Part shown: positions 1 through 13,285 of the stretch, in pieces
How positions within the stretch are numbered: position 1 is the stretch's first letter
Layout: the number at the start of each line of letters is the position of its first letter
DNA from: Botryllus schlosseri
Lineage: Eukaryota
Direction of reading: 5' to 3'
Length of the DNA: 64,000 nucleotides
NCBI GenBank assembly: GCA_051294905.1
Contig: CM119372.1
Span: 8,494,001-8,558,000 of the forward strand
The notes under the pieces: generated by a model
Databases searched by the model: none
Told to the model about the DNA's origin: nothing
Seen by the model: the letters and a program-made list of their open reading frames with translations, nothing else
Made by a program: the position numbers and the translations under genes

Positions 1-240
1 ACATTATCATTGGCAAGACACGCCGTGTATCGTATCTCTTCCTCAATTTCGGGTCGGTCCGAACTCTTGAGATCTGAAAATACTAACGTGGTGTTGCGCT
101 GCTTGTAAGCGGAAAATCTGGTTTTATTCATGTGACTAAGAAGTTTACACTTTACATGTTAGCTTTGCCGTGGGGATTGAGAATGCTTATCGTGACAACT
201 CGATGCCTTGAGTTGGCCGGAATTCGAACGGTCTTAACAG

Positions 241-1171
241 AAGGGATGGTGTGAACGTGAGGTTCACGTTCGCGTTCTGTGTGTGAACCTCGGAAAATTT
301 GAGGTTCGCGTTCACAACAGAACCTTGGTAGGTTCTGCACTGTGAACCTTTTTCATATATTGCAATTTTCACTTCATTATAACATCTTTGGTTCAAATTT
401 ATTGACTTTCAACTGCGGGCCACTCTATGCATGGAGCTGGCAGGATAAACATTCAACACTAAACGAGCATGCCCCTGACAATCTCAAAAATTTACTTGTA
501 TTGTTACAAAAGTTTGCTCGAAATATCCAGCATTCCGTTTGTGCATATTTAGTGTCTCTGTGCTGTGAGCTTGACCCGCAATCACATGACATCAAGAGCG
601 AAATACACTGTATTTTGTCAGCAAATGATCCTTATTCAACCAATCAATGAGATTGATATCGTTTTCTGATGTAAAAATCTAGCAGGCGTACGGGGTCGAT
701 CTTGACTACATATGCATACTGTATCATAAAAACCAAATCCGTGCGACTGGGGTGTTGGCTATACTGCTGTATGACTTGTTAAAACCCATTTTACACTCTG
801 CTCAATATCCATGTGGCAATACTCAGACGCCGAACACATTGTCCGATCAGGTCGAAATTGCTGGCAAAGCGACGCAAGATACTGATTTTATGGGATTATT
901 ATATCATTTGATTGCCCCAGTTGATACATTTGGCGACGTTTCAAACGTCAATATGTACTTAAGTACTGAGCTATTATGTGGCCCCGAGTCGTCGCTCGGT
1001 ATCGTGTACAGTAGATTAATATAGGCAATCACCTAATTGAAATATGGGATTGAAATTACCAATATGACGTCACGTGACGTCATGAGGTTCACGTTCGTGT
1101 TCACACAGAACCTTTCAAAAAGGTTCACGTTCACACGAACCTGAACCTTTCAGAGGTTCACACCATCCCTA
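241..1171. mobile_element. hAT-type MITE, family A (GTGAAC/GTTCAC subterminal repeats), copy 1
   Basis: Termini (A)AGGGATGGTGTGAAC...GTTCACACCATCCCTA; exact 8-bp TSD CTTAACAG at 233-240 and 1172-1179; homologous inverted copy at 32428-33424. Confidence 0.9.
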
Positions 1172-1726
1172 CTTAACAGCATATGCGGTTCAGACACGCA
1201 GTAGTTAAAATCCGGAAAAACTTGACAATTACACCCTTGCGATTGAATATTTGGTACCAATGGGTTTATAGTAAAACATGTAGTTCACCTAATTAAGTTA
1301 TTATCACTATATTTCACAGTATAAAGCTATACAGCACAGCTAGACATATATAATTGGTATATTGCATTATAATAATAAAATAATTATCAAAGCAGGCTTT
1401 ATTGTATAGAAAAATTTCGTTACAAATGCCAAGCCATGAGTGACAGTTTGCGGTGGTAGATCGACATCGCTATTGAGATTATATTTGTAAACCGTGGGCA
1501 GGCCTATTGTGATTCAAACATGTAGTGTGTGAAGACTGCCGTATGATAGTTACTACATAGTGGCTCTACTACTGCTATGCGATGTTACAGGCACGGACAG
1601 ATAGATAGATATTGGTATCATTGCAAGGCAATAACTCGGATTATATAAGATTGCAGTAATCGTCTGGTATAGGCAGAACCCGAAATATGGTTTAATTGGC
1701 ACCGATGGTACAAAGCGTAATAAGGC

Positions 1727-1734
1727 TATAAATA
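1727..1734 (+). promoter_or_regulatory. Possible TATA box for Tbx1/10
   Basis: TATAAATA about 590 bp upstream of the ATG; motif match only. Confidence 0.25.
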
Positions 1735-2319
1735 GTGGAAAACTATAGCTAGTCTTCGCAGCCTAATTCATGTCCCCTATACCTTACCTTTGTCAGAAAG
1801 GGTGTCTTTCGTTGTCGTGAGAATAGTGTCAAAATATTTCGCCATTTTGACGGTGAACCTGAAGCGTAGAGAGAATCGTGGAAAAATAGATCCTTGAATC
1901 GACAGAAGATGTTGCCTGCTGATTCTGTGATTTATTATACTGTGAATACTTAGACTTACTTTTATGTGCATAAATTCAACTTATTACGGCAAGAAATTAA
2001 GTATTTGCTCTTGTGACATACATTGCTCAGAGTGAATTGTTTTACTCTGGGATAACAATCCAATACGTGTCGTATGCAATCAGTCAGCTTGTCTTGAATG
2101 GGTCCTTGGAGAATAGATGACTCACAATCACACTGCTGGGAAAAATCACAAAGATGGACGTAACTCTGATTTTTAACAGCTTACGTATATCGGTAGCGTA
2201 AATCGAAAATACATTAATTCGCAAATTCATCGAGTTGTCTTCGTATCGGGCCAGGACAGAGACATTTCCCGGCGATCTTCGTGTGGGAGAATCTGATATT
2301 ACGGCATAATTTGCGTACC

Positions 2320-3308
2320 ATGACCGCAGTTGTAGTAAGTCATAAGTACGGAAACGCGAAAGGAAGCTTCGAAGAAAGCAACTTCTCCAGAGGTCGCGAT
2401 TTCTATGAGGAGTACGCCGCCGGGAAGAGCGTTGAATCCAGCACCACCGACGATTCGTGTTCGGACAATTCAGCCAGCGTGTCAGGCCGAGAGTTACAAG
2501 ACTCGCCGTCTCACGTCCACCAATTACAGACAGGTGGTTTGGGCTCGGGGCACGGCAAGGAGATGAGTAGTAGGGTAGGGATTCCCCCTCTCGGTTATTA
2601 TCCGTACGACCACCACCAATTCAATCAAGAACAGTACCGGGCGAGGCATCAAATGCCGTTTGCGGTACCATTTCCTCAAGAAGGTTACGGTGTATCGGCG
2701 TTTAAACAACAGGAAGACATTGGCAGAGAGAGATCGAACTGCCAAATAGAATCAAGACAACACTCCGTTGATGAAAAGGACTTTAAACGAAACGGTCATC
2801 GAAAATACGCGTGTCTTGAGAGTACAGCGCAGGGTACCGGGAAATCGGACATCTTGGATAGCAACGGCGCATATCCGGTGTCGCAACACTCGCGTTTCGA
2901 CAGCTCCGGTCAAATTCAGGAGACTGCGTCGCAGTCTGAAAACATGGACACTTCCGCTATAAATTGTCTCATATCAACGGCTGATTCATACCGCAGAGAC
3001 ACTGCCCCGGCGGAGTCCATAAATAACGTTGCGCTCTTAGAAGCGAGCGTGTCCAAACCTTTATCGCCCTTCAACGCACAGTTTTCCCTTTCAAACAAAA
3101 GCGCTAATCAATCCGACGACACCGGATTCTCGTCGCCACAGTCTTCATCCGGCAGGACGTCACCGGACTTACTGTCGAAAAAAGACTCGAAGCAACCGGT
3201 CCCGAAAAACCCGAAAGTCAGCTCCATCCAAGCAAGGCTGGAAATGAAGCCGTTATGGGATCAGTTTAACGACTTGGGAACGGAAATGATAGTAACGAAA
3301 GTCGGGAG
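2320..3308 (+). CDS. Tbx1/10: Tbx1/10 T-box transcription factor, coding exon 1
   Basis: First ATG at 2320; ends ...[23 protein letters not shown](R), the T-box start; phase-2 donor AG|GTAGG at 3309. Confidence 0.93.
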
Positions 3309-4763
3309 GTAGGCGGAATTACTTATGTAACGATTGCCATACATTCGTCTTTTTACTGCGGCTTAATACCAAAAACAACAGTTGATTACTACAGATAAGA
3401 TAAGTGTCCAGGTGTTTATTGGCTGGTAATGGTAGGGACGCCGATATCAGAATTAATCGTTCTTGGTAAATCCGAAGTTTGAAACAAAGATAAAAGTAAG
3501 GCGTGTTGGTTCGGAATTAAAGTCGTAAACATTAATGGCCGATGTTTGGACCAACGGTTTCGTAATTCAGAAAAGGCCATTTGTTCAAACTTGTGAATGT
3601 AGTAGATCTTGCTTACTACAAATTAGCCTTTCTTACCGTTGCACACTATACTATCTTACACCACAGACCTAGCCATTGAACAAATTTCTTACCAAGCTTA
3701 CTATAAGGGTTAGACATGACCAAATTTCTCAGAATTGTTATATGGGCCGTACGCACTGGAGACACAACTCTCATTTATACCAAAAATATTATTTCTAATG
3801 GTTTAAAAAGCAATGGTTATATACTTAGCTTTTAATTCTGGATGTTTGTGGCTCACAATGCCACAATCAGGGATGTCCCCTATCACCCGAACCCACCAAT
3901 AGTAATGGTGATTCTTCTCCGGAAAATAGCTCAGAGCGATATATTTATACACCATCATTGACCGTGTTGCATTTCTTTGTACGAAAGTTTGGAGCGTGGT
4001 GCTGAATACCAGCAGGCGACTTGCTTAATAACACACAACCCAACAAAAACAACAGCAACATTGCTACGCAAAACATGGGTGACAAATTGGGCATTGTGGT
4101 GCCGTTTCGATTTATAATTGCTTATTTCGGACGATTCATATCGTCAACATTTCTTATCTTTTAATCTGTCACCTCATGTGACACTGACCAGTATGGACCC
4201 AAAATTTACGCCGCAGGTCCCGTCGAAGAAGATTGTGTGAATTCTATACATATCAGGGACATAGGAACAACAGTCATATACCGTTTAACTTTCTCCACGA
4301 CCTCTTTTTGTTACAGTGACACCAGCTATACACTAAATTGAATTCAGAATTCACATTAGCTATCCATATATTTCGTATCACAATGATTAGAAACAATTTT
4401 TGGTGGTTTGGAAACTATGTACTTTATTATGCAAAACGTAAATTCATAATACTCCATTCCTTTATTCAATCATATAACGTACCGGTATCGCACAATATCG
4501 AGTATGTCAATATCTAGTTTACTGGTACATTGATCCATCATTCTGTTCAAATTGTTGTATGACCCATCCCTCCAGTTGTGTCTGGTAGTCGATGTTATTG
4601 CTAAATAACAACGGCTTAATTCAGAATGATATACTCTCCCGAGTGATTGATTGATCGCGGTACCCGGACGCAAACAAGGTAAGAATCGCGAGCTGTATGC
4701 GCTCGTGTTCAGAACTTCGAATACACAGCGAGGAAACGAATTCTCTACTAGTTGCTGACGATT

Positions 4764-4797
4764 ACCCCTGACGAGTGTCAGCCGAAAATATTCGGGT
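4764..4797 (+). ncRNA. Minimal type I hammerhead ribozyme, intact core (repeat copy 1)
   Basis: ACCC-CTGACGA-G(TGTCAGC)C-GAAA-ATAT-TC-GGGT: all core nucleotides present, stem I ACCC/GGGT, palindromic AATATT stem III; upstream GCTGAC (4754-4759) is complementary to loop II GTCAGC (4777-4782). Confidence 0.8.
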
Positions 4798-7700
4798 TCA
4801 TTTCAATATGAATATACTATTTAATTGTATATTGAAGTTCTGTACCTCCAAGAAGCACTTCGTCCTAACGAATATTTCGCTAGTGTTCGAAAATTAAATT
4901 GTAACGGCAAACAGGACTTCATCTCACCAGTCATAGAAAACGCCATATAATAGTCAGATAACTGTATTGCAATCGTGCGTGTCGTTTAATATATTTCTGC
5001 GAGAATAATTTAGTCTTAGTCACAAGACTCGACTCTGCGTATATACACACTTTTGACACCTCATTTTGGTAGTAATGTACCAGTCGAGGGGGCGTTAAAG
5101 TCTCGGAACTGGTAGACAAAAGGTCTTTTATTGAAACAGTTGGCCAGATTTGCGATAAATTCCGGGGGATTGAACCAGATATAACTAGGCAAGTAGGCAT
5201 ACATTGGTATTAGGTGATTTATTTCGTAACGCTGGCATTGAATTTGCGTTTGGCTTTGAAATAGAGTGTTGTCATTGTCCGTTGACACTAGCAATAATGT
5301 ATTGTTACTCAAATAGGAAGTATATGCAACGGTGCATGTCTATTTTGTCCGATTGATGCCATCATTTCAATTTTTCAAAACTGTTTGCTCTAGCACCCAA
5401 ATCAAATATTGCATCTAGTTTGTTGATCGCTCGAGTCACTTTTCCTGCAATGTGCAGTGGTAAGATTTTGTATATTTGGCATGACCTATTTTACAAATAA
5501 TAATAGGACATATAATAAGAGCAATTATTGCTTATAATTATGTTAATATTATCTTAAAATAAATATTCTTATATACCCTGCCAAATATGTCGCAAACGTT
5601 GTAACATGATATGTATTGTCTCTTGCTAATGCGACACGTCGAATATTCAGTGGCTTCAAACTTTAGTCAACCTGTCCCAACGTCTCTAAAACGCAATAGG
5701 ATATATCTCGTTCACATAATATGCGACCTTTTCAGCGTGCGATATGCACCTCACAATAATTATAGACGCACATATTTCGAATAACAGCATATCTCATTCG
5801 AAAAATCTTTTCTTTCAGTGGTCAGAATTCACGCATGGTACATTACCGCGATAATCCGAAATAAACATTAAAAATACGCATGTCTTTACGAAACGTGATG
5901 CTGCGTGTGGACATTTTTTCCACACGCACGATTTATCTGGAATGTATATGGGTCCATTAATTGCTGTCTCCAATGTCGCTCCGGCTTACAGAAACCATAA
6001 CCAGTATCGACTGTTTATTATACCAAGCCTACTCGCGGAATGCAAACTTGCCAATTCCTGATCCCTTGCTCAGCCCATTTTTAAACACAAATTTCCAGCA
6101 AACAGAAGAGACGATCGCGGGCCCCTGGAACCCATCTCGCCAGCGCACCGCATCTTGTAGCCTATCAAGGAAATTGTCCGATAAGAATAATTTCGCATTT
6201 TATTGTTTACACGCGAACCTGGCGAGGCTCTGGATAAGTTTGACACTGGCGCGATGGCCGGGCGCGGAATATTTACGGGCATCAGACTTATCGCTCGAAA
6301 TCTGTGTAATGCGAATGAAATTTAAACAACGGACGGACAACGTCGGCCGGAGCAGATAACGCAGCGCGATGTAATACTTCTATCTGTTATACGTATTATC
6401 ACATTGACGAATTAGGCCACCATTTTGAATTTTGACATCAGGCGATTACACGTACAATCTTAAAGTGGTATATATGTTTTAAATGAAGATCTTAAATGTT
6501 AGTTCATCAGATTAAGTATAGGTTATCGTAACCAACATTGATAAATAACACACACATCGATGTATCCTGGACACATTTTATACTATGCCCTGTTGGGTCG
6601 TCTCGTGTTTGGTGTCAACAGGACATATAGTATAACATATCCTGGACATATTTGACTTAGTGCGTTTTGATAATAGATCAAAAATGCTTTCTGAACATAC
6701 CTTGTTGTGACTTTCATGACTAATGATTAAAACTAGTTATTATGCGCCATATGCCGCATTCGTAATTGGTAACAATGTTTAGTAGTATAGGTTGCATAAG
6801 GAATTTATTCTGAAAGGTAGGGATGAGCTTGGATCTGGATTTAATAATTAATTATAATAATAATAATTGGTTACTTGCGGAGTACAATTTGGGCATATAG
6901 AAATTGATAAAGACATTGTGCAAATCTATAGATTCACGAGTCAGTAATTTTGTATTTTGAAATATCATTTACGCCGTCACGTGACAGGATTTGTTCAAAT
7001 ACATGCCACAGCAATATATCGCGTAAATACTGAGGAATTATACCACATGTATTCAAAATGCTGTAGCTCGATCTAACTCAAACAAGCCTTTATTCATAAG
7101 GCTTGGAATGAAATGTATATATTTGCCAGTTTAAAATGAAACTAATTGGAAATAACTACACTTTATCACATAAACTATGGGAGATTCATACATGCCCACA
7201 ACCGCCTGAGTTCTATGCTACAAATCTGGTCATCGTAACAGTAGAGTTCACGCCCTTGTCCGCACTGGCAGTTTCGATTTCCCGTATACCTGTTTTTGTT
7301 ACGGATGCTTGAGCGTTACCCAAAATAAGAAAGAGAACAGTCAATTAGGAGTCCAAAGCTTTCCATATATGTCTCGCGCTCCAGTCAAACTCTTAGCGGC
7401 GGTCCGGCTGTCAAAATTCCGCGGCACGCGAACCAAGTGTGAGTCTTGCGAGATCGTAATCACCATTTTCCGCCGTGGCGAGTTAGGGCTGTACTTACGA
7501 AATATGATGAATGAAACTTTGGATTATATAGGAGACAGTGACGTTGTTATCTTCTCTTCTCGTTTTGCAAATTGGATCCGTTGTTTAGTATTCGTTTGTA
7601 AAGATCTCTATGAAATCAGTCCATATCTATATCCGAAATTTCGTAACTTACATATTATGCATAGAGGCGTAGCCAGGATAAAAATGGTGAGGGGCGAATT

Positions 7701-8675
7701 ATTACTACAATGTCATGACGTCACGGATTGTGACGTAGTGTATACAGATGATATCCCAATTAATGGGTCGAAAATTTGGAGAGGGCAAATGCGTATTTCG
7801 TCCCCTGGCTGCGCCAGTGTGCATTTAGTATCCCATATAGCGGATTCGTACCTCGCAAATCGGATAACTTTGCATGTATAATGTATATTCTATATATGGA
7901 GAAACCATCCCAATGACTCGATTTGGAGCAGGATTATACGAAAAGACTATTCGGCTTATATATTTTCGCGTAGTGAAGTAGCGTCCGGAAAAAATAGGGC
8001 ATTTCCAGCAATGAGTATTACGTCTTCACTGTGACGTCACACCTAAAATTGAGAGGCTAATTCCCCGCGGGAAAGTCCACGCCGCACTGCGATCACCCGT
8101 ATATAATGGTACGACAAGCCGAGTGAATTTGTATTTATGTGTGCGATAAACATGCCATGTAATGACCCTTTTTGTAGCTGAATAATATGAAACTTGATGA
8201 ACATTGTGAGGTCATGATGATATTTACATGATCTTTAACACAATCCATTTGTGAATACCGAAATAGTTGATGTTATTTGTCGAATTCATGGTGTTTTCGA
8301 CTACAATGGTCAATTGGTCATATACAACCATATATTAGGCCCATATTCTTTATCATGATAACGTAGTTACGGACTTGTAGCACGACCTACTTCTAGGCTT
8401 TTTGTAGACAGTAGACACCGCTTAGGCGGATCAGATGGTGAAATAGGTGGTCGGTGGTACAGAACTTGAGGGCTACTATTGTTACAATATTCATTGCCTC
8501 CTCGCCATCTGATACGGAATCATAATATAGGATACGGGCCTGGTGTAAACGACCAATGCAGTCGAAACACCACGAATCCCAAAAACAACAACAACAATAT
8601 TCATTGTAGAAACGCATTTATTATAACGTTCGAATCTGTGTGTTTGTGATGAAAACAAGCTATACCCGTCCACAG

Positions 8676-8792
8676 GAGAATGTTCCCGACCTTCCAAGTT
8701 AACCTATTCGGAATGGATCCTTCATCTGAGTACATACTGATGGTGGATTTCGTGCCGGTCGACGACAAGCGATACCGATACGCTTTTCACAG
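8676..8792 (+). CDS. Tbx1/10: Tbx1/10 exon 2 (T-box)
   Basis: CACAG|G AGA ATG TTC...: [38 protein letters not shown]; phases 2/2. Confidence 0.97.
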
Positions 8793-8858
8793 GTGGAATC
8801 TCTGTCATAATTCAATTTCTCCCTGCAATGGCTGACTCATCGCGTTTTGCTTTTTCAG

Positions 8859-9015
8859 TTCAAGTTGGCTTGTGGCCGGCAAAGCCGATCCGTCCATGCC
8901 CCCTCGAATACATCGACATCCAGACTCTCCCGCCAAGGGATCGCATTGGATGAAGCAGATCGTGTCTTTTGATAAGTTGAAGCTCACCAATAATCTGTTG
9001 GACGATAAGGGCCAT
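8859..9015 (+). CDS. Tbx1/10: Tbx1/10 exon 3 (T-box)
   Basis: [53 protein letters not shown]; TNNLLDD is the Tbx1/10 subfamily signature; 66-bp upstream intron; GTGAGT donor. Confidence 0.97.
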
Positions 9016-11901
9016 GTGAGTTGGATGTGCAATGTGCAATGTGCATTGTACAATGAGTACTTACCCGGGTCGATGTAATTTATTAGTCACAACTTCTACA
9101 TGAGTGTTCTGGTTTTTGAAAGCAGGGTTAAAATTCGGGTCTGGCTGTTCTGGTTCAGACCGGATTTAGGCTCAATTTTGGAAATTATACTTCGGACTGA
9201 AATCGGGCTAATTACCAGCTCAACTCATCCAAAATGTAATATTTCAAGAGTTAGGGTTCATATCTGGCTTAAATCAGACTGCTATTTTAATATTCGGGCT
9301 CAGGTTGTGTTTGGGTTCATACATATTGTGTTCGAGGCCAATATACACTCACAGTTGTACATGGTCCGCTTCCACCTATGTTTGAACGATATATTTTGCA
9401 AAGAACTTGGTTTTTTTATCCACACATCGAGTCCAGAAATATGTTGAATCATGGCCTACTAAAAACAAGGCCATGGTTGAATAGACTGCGCGCTTCTGTT
9501 TTGCAACGCTTTTGTATAATCTTGTAAACCATTTACTGGTCACCACATATTTTCTATATTCTCTTATAAATCGCATGAAATATAAAAATATCCCAACATG
9601 AAAGCGCACAGTATATATTACCGTATTCATAGTCGCTACACGGTCTTTTACGATTACTTTTTAATAAATCGACTCGGTTCTGCGCGGTGCGTGTTCCCAG
9701 ACCTCCCTCGCGTTGCGGTTTGTACTCTATCTCGTAAATCTGTCCGTGGAAGCAACAATGATTTGATAGCGCAAGCGCCTTACCATGCTCTGCGCGACGC
9801 ACAGCCAAGTGTAAGGCCTGCCTAATCAGAAATCAATTATCGTATACCTGCAGCCTGTTCCAAGTCGGAAGGTCACCAAAGCAGATCGCATCCTAACGGC
9901 GTATGACTGACGCAGGAAATTGCGCTGTTATCGACGCCTGCGCTATGCTGGGATGTTGTTCCTGCCTCTAAACTATGTCAGATTAGCGTAATTAAATGCA
10001 AATGTAACTGGCCAGTGGCCATTAGTAACTTTGCATTTAGGCGGGGTCGGCTGATAGGTTTGGCAACGCGTGAGGCTATAGTCCTAAGCGTAAGTAGCGT
10101 ACAGTATCTCATGGTCTCCCGCATGTTGTACGGTTGTATAATATTTAGTAATTACATATCCGGCGTATTTCCCAGTCTATAACATACACATTGCACAGTA
10201 CACGTGCATGATGAGGTTCGTGTCACAGATGTAGCAGATATATAGGCGATGATTGATGATTAAGAGCTTCTCTCGGATTGACGCAACTATTTTGTTTCTG
10301 TGGTTTGATGCGACTTGTTAATTGTAAATGATATGTATGTGACGAGACCTTGCACTGAAGCTTACTCTACTACACGACAGACTACATTAAATACGAGCGA
10401 TATCGAAAGGCATTGGGAGAATGCGTTGTGTAGATTTGCAGATACAACAATGTTTATTGGTTACAGCTGGCGTATTTTTCCTTCAATAGCATTCGATGAA
10501 TATTATTTAGCTCATAAAATTCCCTTCTTCGTCATCATCTCATTAAAAGGCAGGATCTTAGTCATGCCGTATACATGACGAAACTGAATAAATAGTCACA
10601 ATCTACGTCACACTCGCGCTTGTTTACGTCACAGTTACACATAATTGGGAAACATGTGAAGTTTGACAAATTCCCTTTGCATAAATTTCGTCCGTTTAGC
10701 TCGTAACAACACATCAAAAGTGACTGGATAACACCCGTTTTTACTCAATAGCAGTATAGGTAGCCTTATCATAAATTGGCTTAATCTCAAGGGAGATGAT
10801 GAAGAAGCTTAATCTGTTTGTATGCCTAATGGAATGACAAATCGCTCTGGGATTAGGTACTTGTAGTGCGGTCAAGATTTCGACGTAACAGTAGGTATAT
10901 GTTTTCAACTACAGATGATTGATAGCTGTGACGCCGAGGGAAATGAATTGAAAGTCAAAATGACAACGCTACTTCACCGTGCCACCACCTCGCAGATATG
11001 CCTGCCATTGCTACGCAGGGAGATTTTGTAACCTCGCGCTGTTATTGTGTGACGTCATTTCGATAATATACAAATTACGAATTGTTGCTTAGGATTGAAG
11101 TAACCGCGTCGATCAGTGCAGACCGCGAAAATTTTTCGTTGATATCTGGTGGTGATGCTGATATAATTTGATGAATGCTTGGGATATGGTGTAGCGATAG
11201 TGTATTGCTTTTTGCATATTTCCGTGCCTTAAAATGTGACTGAGTTTGACGTTGAGTGATTATGATCAACTGTTACTAAATGATCTATTGAGATTAGCTT
11301 GCTGGCGTCGCCATTTTGAAAAGTGGGTGTCGTTTATAAATACGTAACTCTGGAGTAAAACGGATTTAATATTTCTGAATCCGGGCTCCGAATGTAATTC
11401 CAAAACCAAGTTGAATTTGTTTGATATCAGTCCAGGGCTACATCTTGAAAACACACTTGGCCCCATGGTCATTCCAAAATCCATTTAATTCTAATTCAAT
11501 TTTCGTTCCATGAAAACACAAATCTAATCCCTACCCGGCCATAATTTTAAAATATTTTTGTTCAGCCCGCCGGCGTGCTCATCTCTGTTATGACGACTTA
11601 GATATTCGAGGGCTTTTTCTTTCAGCTTTGGTGTCCATATCTGTGAGCATTACACAATAAAGATCCCTTAACTATATATTAAAGTCTCATATATGGCTTG
11701 AACACCAGATGCGGAACACGATTACAATATCAAGTTATAATTTGCCTCGAGGAAAGTTGATAGGTGATCAAGTTGACACGGTGCATCCAATAACTAGTTA
11801 AATAAATTAGGTTAAATAAGATAACTTATTATAAGTTATCGTAAGCCCCAGTTGCTACAATATATTGCTAATTTCTCACACTATACATACTTTATTTTCA
11901 G

Positions 11902-12057
11902 ATTATCCTCAACTCGATGCATAGATTTCAGCCGCGGTTCCACGTGGTGCTGGTCGACCACTCCAAGGACAGCGTTCAGAACGCCGAGGCGAACTACAAA
12001 ACTTTTGTATTCGAAGAAACGAAGTTCATAGCGGTCACGGCGTATCAGAATCACAGG
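11902..12057 (+). CDS. Tbx1/10: Tbx1/10 exon 4 (T-box)
   Basis: TTTTCAG|[52 protein letters not shown]|GTGAGT. Confidence 0.97.
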
Positions 12058-12416
12058 GTGAGTTGATGCAGCGGCGTTGATTGTGCTAGAGTCGGGGAAG
12101 TGCGAGTGTGCGCATGCGATTAAGTAGCTGAAAACAACACGAAAATAGCAAGAAAAGCGAGAGAAGAAGCGCGTTCGATATATTTGCGTCCTCTGTCCGT
12201 GGCTTATATCCATGGGCAATGGGCATTACCAATGGCGTAATAGCCTATGAGGGGACAGGCTTGGACATTGCGTCGTCCCTCTTTCCCCTGTGTCACGATG
12301 GATCTGTGAGGTCGCGTTATTGTTAAAATTGTTCGCATCCGCACTCGATATTCTCCATGTCTGCCGATGGATGTGTCATAAACCTTGCCAATTGTGTGAC
12401 AATTTTAGGTCATAAC

Positions 12417-13285
12417 TAGGGCGATTTTTTGACATGTCAAAATGAGTTACAAATTTGTTAAAATTGTAGCGTTAGGTCAAAAAATTGTCAAAATTGTTTA
12501 CTAAGTCCAAATTTTTCTGCCACCTGCATTTCGTTTGTATCGTAAATGTTTGCACTGTCTGTGAGCTTATCATACGACATTTTACAGCTTTTAGCCTGCT
12601 TTAATAGACCTACCGTTGTAGACGGCACATTATCTGCTCATTTTGAATCATAACGGTCAAATGAAACAAATATGTTGACATATGGTGTTATGCTGAACGT
12701 ACCGCAATATCTTAACTGCAGCAAGATTGCGTTGGCATTGATTCTTATATCAAGAAGCGCATGATGTAAAATTGTGATGCAGACACCATTGTCAGAATAA
12801 AGCAACACGATGTGTCACCACTCACCAGCAATGTACGCACAACTTCAGTACTGTAAGCCAACAACGGCTGCTGTTGGACACTCTTTCTCCATTCTTGGCA
12901 AGCTACTTAGTAAGGACAGACACTTTCTACCCGAGAATGCAGTACAGTGTCTTTCGTTGTACTTCAACAAATTATAATTATTTCTACCATAATGCGTGAT
13001 GTAACTTAGAATTCTTCGTAGGTCCAGATTTCGTTAAAATAAAGTTTTTTCATGTAAAGATTTGTCAGTTTCCAAGTTAAATAAGTTTTTTTTCAGGCCA
13101 AACTACTTCGTAAGGACAGACAGTTCCAACCAGAAATGAAGATAAGTAGCACAATTCTAACATTATGTGGGAAACACCTAATTTACATACACGAGGTCAA
13201 AATTAAGTTTTGTAACGTCAATAAATGTCAAAATTGTGATATTTTAGGTCACAATCTTCCCTTTTTAGGTGCAAATATCGCCCTA
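12417..13285 (+). mobile_element. Internally deleted hAT transposon retaining the transposase C-terminus
   Basis: TIRs TAGGGCGAT...ATCGCCCTA; GTCATAAC on both flanks (4 extra nt on the right); 12831-12977 encodes MYAQLQYCKPTTAAVGHSFSILGKLLSKDRHFLPENAVQCLSLYFNKL*, like the hAT dimerisation region (PTSA.VERSFS). Confidence 0.75.

Noticed and set aside
342-1024. ORFs of 90-102 aa near the window start
   Set aside because: Inside the family A MITE; the frames are not preserved in the second copy
4405-4450. GLETMYFIMQNVNS* as a GIY-YIG tail of a Penelope element upstream of hammerhead copy 1
   Set aside because: Similarity is too weak and short to support, and it is not shared by the other copies
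7309-7881. 190-aa ORF in Tbx1/10 intron 1
   Set aside because: Non-ATG start, no recognisable domain, overlaps a small inverted-repeat element
8068-8082. GGGAAAGTCC resembling an RNase P/MRP P4 motif or an NF-kB site
   Set aside because: Isolated 10-mer with no partner strand or surrounding structure
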